Assembly: GCA_947476215.1 (NCBI GenBank)
Contig: CANJQI010000002.1
Location: 10,119 to 74,118, forward strand
Direction of reading: 5' to 3'
DNA from: Betaproteobacteria bacterium
GTDB lineage: Bacteria; Pseudomonadota; Gammaproteobacteria; Burkholderiales; SG8-41
Length of the DNA: 64,000 nt
The notes under the pieces are model-generated. The model saw nothing but the letters and a program-made list of their open reading frames with translations, ran no database searches and was not told where the DNA came from. Below, in pieces: positions 1-8,700 of the stretch. A program made the position numbers and the translations under genes. The stretch's first letter is position 1. Each line of letters begins with the position of its first letter.

Positions 1-97
1 GCCTTGCCGTAAAGCGCGCGTTTTTCCGTTCCCGGCGATACGCCTGTGTTTGTCTGCATCTATGTCTTCCTCAAATTCATCCGTTGATGACCTGCGA

Positions 98-505
98 TCA
101 TTTCAGCGCGCGCTGAAACTGCGGGATAGCGCCGCCGTCACACGCTTCGAACACGACCTTGACCGCGTCGCCTATTTTCACGCCCAGTGCATCCTCGCCG
201 ACGATGTTGGTCACCATGCGCGGCGCGTCATCAAGATCGACGACAGCCAGCACGTAGGGCACTTTTCCGGCATGCGCGGGCGATGGCGCGCGGCGCACAA
301 TCGAATAGCTGTATACCCGCCCGGTTCCAGCGCTGGTTACCCATTCGGACCGATCGGACCAGCACTTGGGACACAAATGCCGTGGTGGAAACTGAATCTG
401 GCCGCACGCCAGACATTTCTTGAACACGAGGCGTCCCTGTTGGGCAGCCTCCCAGTACGGTTTGGAGTCGGCGTTGCCTGCTGCAAATTTTGGTATCGTC
501 GTCAT
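98..505 (-). CDS. DUF35-type zinc-ribbon / OB-fold protein (usually partnered with a thiolase-like protein)
   Basis: 135-aa ORF. It has a rubredoxin-like CxxC...CxxC (CLACGQ...CPKC) followed by an OB-fold-like C-terminal half, which is the DUF35 architecture. Confidence 0.7.
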   Translation of the reverse strand: MTTIPKFAAGNADSKPYWEAAQQGRLVFKKCLACGQIQFPPRHLCPKCWSDRSEWVTSAGTGRVYSYSIVRRAPSPAHAGKVPYVLAVVDLDDAPRMVTNIVGEDALGVKIGDAVKVVFEACDGGAIPQFQRALK

Positions 506-520
506 TTTCGTTAAGCGTCC

Positions 521-1486
521 TTACTCGTCGCGTATGCCTGCTTCTTTGATTAACTTAGTCCATCGGGCAACATCCGATTTGATGTACGCCGCGAAAGCTT
601 CCGGCGTTCCGCCGACCAGCTCTACGCCGACATTGAGGTAGCGTTCCCTGGCCTCGGAGGACTTGAGTGCACGCACGCTTTCCTGATTCAGGCGATTGAT
701 CAGCACACGCGGCGTTCTAGCCGGCGCCCACATGCCGACCATCGAAATGGATTCATAACCCGCCAGTCCGGATGCCGCCACCGTCGGCACGCCGGGTAAC
801 AGCGCGGACGGCTCGGCACTGGTCACCGCCAGCGTTCTCAATCTGCCGGACTTGGTGTGCGGCGCGACCGATCCCGCGTTGGGAAACATCATCTGCACTT
901 GCCCTCCCACCAGGTCGGCCATTTGCAGAGCTCCACTCTTGTAGGCGATGCGCACCAGATTCACGCCGGCCATGGACTTGAACAACTCCGCGGCAAGGTG
1001 ATTCGACGAACCGGATGAACCTGAAGCGTAGTTGAGCTTACCCGGGTTCGCTTTCGCATACGCGATCAGTTCCTTGACGGAGTTAATCGGCAACGACGGA
1101 TGGACGACGATAAGGTTGGGCGCACGGGAAATCCACACCACCGGTGCAAAGTCCCTGACCGCGTCGTACGGTGTTTTCTGCAACAACGGACCTATCCACA
1201 ACGTGCTGCTGTAAATCAGCAGCGTATAGCCGTCAGGGTTAGCCCGCGACACGATTTCCCCCGGTATCACGCCGCTCGCCCGGTTCTCGATCACGAGCTG
1301 CTGACCGAAATTCAATAACGGCACGAAGAGGCGAGATCCGACATCGGCGCCGCCACCTATGCCCGAAGTAACAATTCGAATCGGCTTGTTCGGATAGGAG
1401 TAACCTGAATCCGTCGATACGGCCTGCGCGGAAATCGGCGTCACCACCACGAACGCGGCGAGCATGCGACATGTATGCGTATTCAA
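521..1486 (-). CDS. Bug/TctC-family tripartite tricarboxylate transporter substrate-binding protein (orphan)
   Basis: 321-aa ORF with a signal peptide (…VVTPISAQA) and Bug-family motifs (YPNKPIRIV, PDGYTLL, KANPGKLNYASGSSGSSNHL). No tctA/tctB is adjacent. Confidence 0.85.
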   Translation of the reverse strand: MNTHTCRMLAAFVVVTPISAQAVSTDSGYSYPNKPIRIVTSGIGGGADVGSRLFVPLLNFGQQLVIENRASGVIPGEIVSRANPDGYTLLIYSSTLWIGPLLQKTPYDAVRDFAPVVWISRAPNLIVVHPSLPINSVKELIAYAKANPGKLNYASGSSGSSNHLAAELFKSMAGVNLVRIAYKSGALQMADLVGGQVQMMFPNAGSVAPHTKSGRLRTLAVTSAEPSALLPGVPTVAASGLAGYESISMVGMWAPARTPRVLINRLNQESVRALKSSEARERYLNVGVELVGGTPEAFAAYIKSDVARWTKLIKEAGIRDE

Positions 1487-1557
1487 TATGGTTATTCCTT
1501 ACTCATGGAACGGCTTACCAAGGCTGAGCCTAGTCAGTGCAAAAAACGCTCACAGCA

Positions 1558-1989
1558 TCAAGCCGAGGCCGTCCGTATCCTCACGATAATGTCGACACGG
1601 TCGGTAACCATGCCCGGCGGCAGGGGCGGCAGCCCCGCGATGTGTATATCGTTAACCGCGATATCCGTCAGTTCGCCGCTGTCGATATTGTAAAAATGGT
1701 GATGCGGCTCTGGATTCGGATCGTAGAAAACCTTGTTCGGATCGACAATGACTTCGCGCACCAGTTTTTTTTCAAGGAACAGATTCAGCGTATTGTAGAC
1801 CGTGGCCTTGGACGTTTCCGACGCGCGGTCGTTAACCAGCACCAGGGTCTGTTCCGCCGACAAATGCTCGCCGCGGGAAAAAATTGCATGCGCGATCTCT
1901 ATGCGCTGGTGCGTGGGCGTGACGCCGTGGCAGCGCAAAACCTCTGCCAGATTGTCACGTGTGTATTTGTTTTGAAACATATTTTTCAT
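1558..1989 (-). CDS. Fur-family transcriptional regulator, Irr-like (HHH motif, no CxxC pairs)
   Basis: 143-aa ORF with a winged-helix N-terminal half (TPTHQRIEIAHAIF..., ATVYNTLNLF) and an EPHHHFYN motif. The structural-zinc CxxC motifs of classical Fur/Zur are absent. Confidence 0.75.
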   Translation of the reverse strand: MKNMFQNKYTRDNLAEVLRCHGVTPTHQRIEIAHAIFSRGEHLSAEQTLVLVNDRASETSKATVYNTLNLFLEKKLVREVIVDPNKVFYDPNPEPHHHFYNIDSGELTDIAVNDIHIAGLPPLPPGMVTDRVDIIVRIRTASA

Positions 1990-2361
1990 TTTAAACCATG
2001 CCCCGGACCGTGTCTAACCAGTACTCATCTGGAATGTAGTCATACGCGGTGTGTGCGCAAGCTCAGCGCAAGCAGTCCGCGGTGACTCACGCAACGCCGG
2101 CGGCAAGGCGGCCCGCACGGGTTGATGCACCGGCCAGATCGCGCAGCGTGTTTTCCGTCACGCGTAAACGAAGTTATTTGAGGTGCACGCGCGGCGTTAG
2201 AATTGTTTGAACACGAGCAGAGATAGTCCTTGAAATTTAAGGACATAAGAGCCCCGCCTGGCTGGTGATTCCGTTTACCCGGGTCAACTGACCGCTTATC
2301 GGCTTGGCGTGGAAATGACGATCCGGTATCCACTAAAATGCCATTGCACAGGAGCGCACAG

Positions 2362-2823
2362 ATGAGACGCATACAGGGTTTCACATTGATCGAACTCATG
2401 ATTACCGTCGTGGTAGTCGCGATACTTGCGGCGGTTGCATTCCCCTCGTATCAGGATCATATCCGCCGGGGCGTACGCTCGCAGGGCCAGCAGTTCCTGT
2501 CGGATGTTGCGCAGCGCCAGGAACAGTTTTTTCTGGATAATCGTAATTACGCGGCAACGCTTGCCATCTTGAACATGACAACGCCAACTGCGGTCTCCGA
2601 CAAATACCAAGCACCGGTGTTCACCGTAGTCGCTGCCGCCGTAGGCACGCCGCCCAGCTTTCGAATCAACCTGCCTCCGATAGCCAGCGGCTTGATGGCG
2701 AATGACGGCACGCTCGTCATCAATAATCTGCAACAACGCTGGCGCTCGGCAACGGTCGCCGACACCGCATACAACACGCCTGGAGACTGTCTCTGGGAAG
2801 ACTCAAGATGCAACCCATCATGA
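2362..2823 (+). CDS. pilE: type IV pilus minor pilin PilE-like
   Basis: Prepilin leader and cleavage motif MRRIQG/FTLIELM, followed by AFPSYQDHIRRG...QRQEQFF, as in PilE. AGGAG lies 7 nt upstream of the ATG at 2362. The track ORF starts earlier, at 2338. Confidence 0.8.
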   Translation: MRRIQGFTLIELMITVVVVAILAAVAFPSYQDHIRRGVRSQGQQFLSDVAQRQEQFFLDNRNYAATLAILNMTTPTAVSDKYQAPVFTVVAAAVGTPPSFRINLPPIASGLMANDGTLVINNLQQRWRSATVADTAYNTPGDCLWEDSRCNPS

Positions 2824-2836
2824 TGCACTCTGCCAC

Positions 2837-3382
2837 ATGAGCCAAGGCTTCACGCTTATCGAACTCATTATAGTCCTGGCTATAGCCGCCATATTGGCGA
2901 CGGTCGGCTTGCCGATGTTGACGGAATTCGTGGCGGATCAGCGCGTGCGCACCGTGGCATCGGACTTGACCGGGGATATCGCATTCGCGCGCGCCAAGGC
3001 CATCGAGGCAAGCCGCCGTGTGTTCATCGCAAAAACCGGCGCCTTGTGGAGCAACGGCTGGCGTATATTTGTCGACCTCGACAATGATGGCGTCTACGAT
3101 GCAGGCGAAGAAGTAAAGGTTTCCAACGGTTTCCCGGCAGGAAACATGTATGTTTGCACGATTTCTGCCAATAGTGACTTCCTCGACGGGGTAACACTCC
3201 GCCCCGACGGGCGCGTCGCACGCACATCCGCGGCGGGCGCGGTTACCGACGGCCTTTATATCGTCGATACGCTGGGTGACGCAGTGCTGGCCAATAATAA
3301 GGTGCGCGCCCTTTTGTTTGGCGTATCAGGGCGCGTTAACATAGAGCGTCAGAACGGGACTCTGCCATGCGCACCGAACTGA
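2837..3382 (+). CDS. fimT: type IV pilus minor pilin FimT/FimU (GspH-like)
   Basis: Internal ATG at 2837 gives the leader MSQG/FTLIELIIVLAIAAIL. The GspH-like body includes FVADQRVRTVASDL. Confidence 0.75.
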   Translation: MSQGFTLIELIIVLAIAAILATVGLPMLTEFVADQRVRTVASDLTGDIAFARAKAIEASRRVFIAKTGALWSNGWRIFVDLDNDGVYDAGEEVKVSNGFPAGNMYVCTISANSDFLDGVTLRPDGRVARTSAAGAVTDGLYIVDTLGDAVLANNKVRALLFGVSGRVNIERQNGTLPCAPN

Positions 3383-4020
3383 ATCGCGGCTTCACTCTGA
3401 TTGAAGTGCTGGTCACGCTGGTGATCCTGATGTTTGGGCTGCTCGGCATCGCTGGCCTGATGGCCATGGGGCAGCGCGCATCATTTGAGGCTTACCAGCG
3501 CCAGGCGGCGCTCTCGATCGCCAACGACATGGCCGAGCGCATGCGCTCCAATCGCACCCAGGCAGCGACCTACGCCGCAGGTGCAACCACTGTAACGCCG
3601 GTCGGCAACAGGGTCCGCTATGACAATTTGCTGGATGGTTCGATTACGAACTGCGGCACGCTGGTCGCCCCGACTTCGTGCACGGGCGCGGAACTGGTTG
3701 CTTACGATATCGCGCTTTGGGATGGCCAACTCGTCGGCTACGGCGAGCGCCAGCTCGCCGGCACCACGCTGGTGGGCGGCATTGTCGGCGCGGTGGGTTG
3801 CATAGAAGACACCACGCCCGCCCCAGCTCCCGCCTGCCCCGCGGCGCCTGCGCCTCTAGGCACTTTGATCAACAGGAATTACCGCGTCAGTGTCGCCTGG
3901 CAAGGTAGTGAAGATACCGTTGCCCCAACGACATCGACCTGTGGTGCCGGAAATTTCGGCACTGCAACCCGGCGCCGCGTCGTGTCGCTGGATACATTGC
4001 TGTTTCAACCATGCCCATGA
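3367..4020 (+). CDS. pilV: type IV pilus modification protein PilV
   Basis: Leader MRTELNRG/FTLIEVLVTLVIL followed by a PilV-like GLLGIAGLMAMGQR...AYQRQAA. It overlaps the fimT stop by 16 nt. Confidence 0.8.
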   Translation: MRTELNRGFTLIEVLVTLVILMFGLLGIAGLMAMGQRASFEAYQRQAALSIANDMAERMRSNRTQAATYAAGATTVTPVGNRVRYDNLLDGSITNCGTLVAPTSCTGAELVAYDIALWDGQLVGYGERQLAGTTLVGGIVGAVGCIEDTTPAPAPACPAAPAPLGTLINRNYRVSVAWQGSEDTVAPTTSTCGAGNFGTATRRRVVSLDTLLFQPCP

Positions 4021-5225
4021 ACCAATCCAGTTCATTTTGCATGCGTATTCAGGCACGGCGTCAGGCGGGCTTGTCGCTGATCGAACTGATGATAGGCCTC
4101 ACCATAGGCCTGATGCTGACGCTTGGCCTGTTCACTCTGATCGCGGGTCAATCCACGACATTCAAGACGCAGGACGATTTTGCGCGCATGCAGGAAAACG
4201 CGACATCGGCACTGCGTTATATAGGCGATTCAATACGTATGGCGGGGTTTTACGGCTTTACGCAGGACCCAGCAGCAATAAGCCTCACCGCAGGCGCGGT
4301 CAGCACCTCAGCAGACTGCGGATCGTCTACGAATTATGTCGACGGCGCGGTAAGCGGCCTGCTCAACGGCACATACGAGGCTGGCGAAGAAGTGAACTGG
4401 GCGCTGCGCACGCAAGTCGCAATTTCGGGATGGTCCGGCCTCACGCCAGCGTCCGTAAATGGCATTTACCCCTGCATACGGGCCGCAAATTTTGCAACCG
4501 GTCCGGGCGCCAATCCCAATCCGATACTGGTCACGCGCCTGGCCGGAGGATATTCCATGCCGGATCCGAACGCCGACGGCGACTTTACGGATGGCATTGC
4601 CGCGCAGACGAATAGTGCAACGACCATCTACATCCAGGCTGATCCAAATGCGGGACTGATGTTCTACGGTGCAAATTTCGCAGCGCTAAGGGCGGCCGGC
4701 ACGACGCGCTCCACCAGCACAGGTGCCGATTTACCTGTTTACGAGTTCAAAGCCTATGTCTATTACTTACGTCCCTGCAGCCGCACCGCCACACCACCGT
4801 CGTGTGCGGCGACGGATGACAACGGTCAACCTATACCGACGCTGGTTCGGCAGGAACTGGTCGGACGCGCGATGACCGAGATTCCATTGGTGGAGGGTGT
4901 GGAGCGTATCGACTACCGCTATGGCATCGACGACCAACCCGCCGTCAATCCTGTCGGCGGCGGCGTAGGCGACGGCGTGCCTGACCGATTCATAGCGAGC
5001 CCCGCCGCCACGGATTGGCCTAATGTGGTTTCCGTCAAAGTCAGCGTACTGGTGCGTTCCCCAACGATCACTGCGGGTTATTCGGATGCTGGCAAAACCT
5101 ATGACCTCGACGGTGACGGCAACTCGGACTTTGCCTGCGCCGCCGGCGTTAACTGCATGTACAAACGCAAGGTATTTTCGCAAACATTTCAGGTGCGCAA
5201 TCGGGCCCAACGGAGGGGCATATGA
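4017..5225 (+). CDS. pilW: type IV pilus assembly protein PilW
   Basis: Prepilin-like G/LSLIELMIGLTIGL and about 400 aa, in the PilW position. The ATG at 4017 overlaps the pilV stop (ATGA). ATGs at 4011 and 4041 are alternative starts. Confidence 0.75.
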   Translation: MNQSSSFCMRIQARRQAGLSLIELMIGLTIGLMLTLGLFTLIAGQSTTFKTQDDFARMQENATSALRYIGDSIRMAGFYGFTQDPAAISLTAGAVSTSADCGSSTNYVDGAVSGLLNGTYEAGEEVNWALRTQVAISGWSGLTPASVNGIYPCIRAANFATGPGANPNPILVTRLAGGYSMPDPNADGDFTDGIAAQTNSATTIYIQADPNAGLMFYGANFAALRAAGTTRSTSTGADLPVYEFKAYVYYLRPCSRTATPPSCAATDDNGQPIPTLVRQELVGRAMTEIPLVEGVERIDYRYGIDDQPAVNPVGGGVGDGVPDRFIASPAATDWPNVVSVKVSVLVRSPTITAGYSDAGKTYDLDGDGNSDFACAAGVNCMYKRKVFSQTFQVRNRAQRRGI

Positions 5226-5713
5226 AATCATACTCATCCTATTCGACCCACCAGCAGCGTGGCGCCGTGCTGATCGTGGGACTGATCATGCTCGGCGTGA
5301 TGACGCTGTTCGTGATTTCCATGCTCAAGACGTCCATCATTGAACTCAAGATCGGTGGCGCGAGTCAGGTGGTCGCCCTTAACTTCGCCAATGCCGAGGT
5401 CGCGATCAATGGCTACATCAACGCCAACAATCTCAGATTCGCCCCGTCGTTTCTCGGTAGCGGCAGCGAAGGTGGATGGCCAGGATCGACCAAGGTCTCA
5501 GGTGCGTGGAAGGGATCTGCCTACGGCGGGGATGTGGCCTTAACGCCGATACAGATCAGCTGCGGTGCATGGAGCGCCATAGGCAACATGATGGGGGCTG
5601 GCGGCTTGCAGGCGGTACAGTTTGACCTGCGCGCCACGGCTACCGGCACACTGGGTGGCATTACGAGCATGCATCAGGGCGTGCAATCGCTGGCTGCGCC
5701 AGGATCCTGCTGA
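5222..5713 (+). CDS. pilX: type IV pilus minor pilin PilX
   Basis: 163 aa with QQRGAVLIVGLIMLGVMTLF, a PilX_N-type hydrophobic N-terminus. ATGA overlap with the pilW stop. Confidence 0.7.
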   Translation: MKSYSSYSTHQQRGAVLIVGLIMLGVMTLFVISMLKTSIIELKIGGASQVVALNFANAEVAINGYINANNLRFAPSFLGSGSEGGWPGSTKVSGAWKGSAYGGDVALTPIQISCGAWSAIGNMMGAGGLQAVQFDLRATATGTLGGITSMHQGVQSLAAPGSC

Positions 5714-5773
5714 GCCCACCCGCCCATTTCATCACCCAAATTCTTGCGGTCAAGTTCTCAGTAGAGGTGCTCC

Positions 5774-8700
5774 ATGAATAATCGTCTCTGGTTCAAGAAG
5801 AGCGTTGCCTGGTCGCTCATCGCCGCCATAGCCAATCCGGCAGCCATCGCGCCGGCGTTTGCGCGCGACACGGATATTTTCCTATCCGTATCGGCCGGCA
5901 GCAATACCGGCGAACCGAATATTCTGATCATACTCGATACTTCGGACTCGATGAACATCCCGGAGGCGTGGCGCGAGTATCCGGGCGCTTACGACTCGCA
6001 TATCGAATACCTGTGGAACGACCCGACATTCATCTCTCAGATCGGCTGCTCGGTCGCGAATTGCGCTACGGGCAGCGATCAGTTCACCGCCGCGACCAAG
6101 AATCAATCCCAGCCGCCCGACTACACGGTCGGGTTTCTGCCACAAGGCTACTTTGCGGGCGCCGATGCCGCCGCGCGCGGTGCATTCAAGCAGGCGGCGC
6201 TCAATTACGCGAATGCAGAAGACCCGTTGGATGCCGCCATCAGCGGCGCCGTGGATGCGCGCAACATTTGGCGCAACTACAGTGCCGGTGGTATCACTTA
6301 TTTGAATAACGGCACCCTTACCACTGCCGTAGCACCCAATGGCATAAACACGGACTCAAGCTGGATATACTGGCTGCCCGCCGCTACAGCCGATACCGAC
6401 CCGCGTTTGCGCGCACCGGCGTTCAACCGCTGGCGCGGCGATCAGTCGAATATAGGCGGCGTGCGCGGCGGTATTAACTATGGCACGGCGTCCACCAATT
6501 TCAGCGACAATAACAAGTGCACGTCCTCCCTAAATCAACTCCTGCCTTCCACGGTTTACCATCCGCTCCCCAATTCCCGTAACAACGGTGTGTGGACTAA
6601 CCAGATCTGGCAACGTTGGGAGCCCTATCTCAATCTGACATCGGTCAATGGCACCAGCGGCGTTCCCGCCTACCCCGCCACCTTGAGCACCACAACCACT
6701 GCCAACGGCGGCGCCGCGACCGCAACGTCGGGCGCCAGTGTTTCCTACAGAAACGACTTCCTGGGCAACACTATTACGCCGCCAGTGGGCACCACCGTTC
6801 CGCCAAGCCTGCATCCGGCTGCGGGTGCACCAAAGGTAGACAGTGCGCCGATTACATCAACGCTGAATCCAGCGTATTTCACATCGAGTACGCCCGGCTC
6901 ACAGGGCCAACCAATAAAGACCATCAAGGGACCAATACCCGCCGCGGGTTGGGTGTCCGGCGACTCCTATTCTGCATGGGGCCCTCTTAAAGGCGATTTG
7001 GGCGGCTACAACTACCAGAGCGTAATCAACAGCTTTAACAGCACCGCATTGGGCCAGGCCGGCCTGACACTACTGCTGAAGACTTACGGGTTCAACTCCT
7101 CTCCCAACCGGTGCTTTGGCGATACCGTGGTCCCTACCGCGGCCAATGCGGCAAATTGTGCCTATCAGGGCAATGCCGTTGCGACCGGCACGCCCGGTTA
7201 CTACGATTACCGCGCGCGGGACCTTGCGCTGACAACCACCGTCGTTAGCGGCGGCACGACGGTAACCCGCGTGTGCGGGTGGAATACGACCGGCCCGAAC
7301 AACTCCAATGTCGCGACGCCCAACCTGGGCGTCACCACCAACGACGGCCCTGATGCAGGCGGCGTGACCCGGGTGTGGCGCAACACCGCGAACAACTTCT
7401 GTGTCACCAATACCACGGCCAGCACCCCCCCACTGGGCACCCCCGGCGGAGACTATTCCGCAGCGCCCGCCTGCGCGCCTTCCAACAGCGGGCAGACTTT
7501 TTCGACCGGTTCCGTCACGTACGGGGGCACCTGCGCATGGACCGGCAGAACCTCAAGCGTCTTTGAAGGCGACCCCACCGTGTACTATCATGGCGGCACG
7601 TGCGGCGGCGCCACCACCTGCACTGCGACCGGCACCGGCACGTGCGTAACCCCGCATTGTGTGATCTCGGGAACGACGACCGGCTCGGTGCACGGCACGC
7701 CACTCACCGATTACCGCACCGACAATATTACCAACGGTTGCAATCGACGCAGCAGTTCCAGCACCAGCCAGACCTGCAACGTCCGCAATGGCGGCGTCTG
7801 CGTGACCGGCAACTACGCGCCCGGCTGCAGCAATCAAACCGCCGTCATCGGCGCCGCCACCACCAGCACAACCAAAAACTATGGCACATTCAACCTCGCG
7901 GCTACGACCGCCAATTTCGCGCACGATTGTAAAGCCGACGAAGGCGGCGCCGGCCCGTGGATGACCAACCAACAACGTAACTTCGGCATTGCTTGGAACG
8001 GAACCAGCGCCGCCGACAACACCAACCGCGCGGCCGCATACACCTCCACCTCAGCCAACCAAATCACCAGCGGCGCGGTTGACATGTATTCGGTCAATTA
8101 CCTGAACTGGAGGTTCGGCCCCAAAGCCAACGGCAACCCGATAGGGCGCAAGACCCGGCTGCAAATCGCCAAGGATGCATTGACAGCGCTGATCACCAAC
8201 ACCGACGGCGTGCGGTTTGGGCTGCAAGTATTCAACAAGCAACCGAGTTCCGATCCGGGCAACGTTGGGAGCGAAGGCGGCAATATCGCATTCGCGGTCT
8301 CGCGCATGGGTAACGACCCGACCGATTTGCCGGCCTACAATAATCGCGCGGCGCTCCAAGCCAAGATCAATGGACTGCTTGCAAACGCCGCCACGCCGCT
8401 GACCGAAGCACTTTACGAAGCGTATCTTTACTACGCGGGCCGAGCCCCGCAGTTCGGTATACTGTCCACCCCGGCACTGGGCGGCGGTACGGTTTCCGCG
8501 GGATATGATCCGACCGCGCTGTGCACGACGACCAACGCGTCCATCGGTTGCCCCGTCGCCGGCGCAACCGCAGCTGCTCCGCGCTACAAGTCACCCATGA
8601 TGAACAACCCCGATGCCGGTCCCCCGAGCGCGACGCTGCTCGGACCTGCCGTGTGCCAGAAGAACTATGTCATCATGATTACCGACGGCGGTCCGGATCG

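Noticed and set aside
1-59. Possible start of a further minus-strand gene (ATG at 57-59 with GGAAGA 5 nt upstream; MQTNTGVSPGTEKRALYGK...) downstream of the DUF35 gene.
   Set aside because: Only about 20 codons are visible and they do not resemble the thiolase-like partner usually found beside DUF35. That is too little to call.
1990-2361. A sigma-54 (TGGCAC-N5-TTGC) promoter upstream of pilE, as seen for some pilin genes.
   Set aside because: The best candidates (TGGCTGGTGATTCCG, TGGCGTGGAAATGAC) lack the -12 GC element at the correct spacing.
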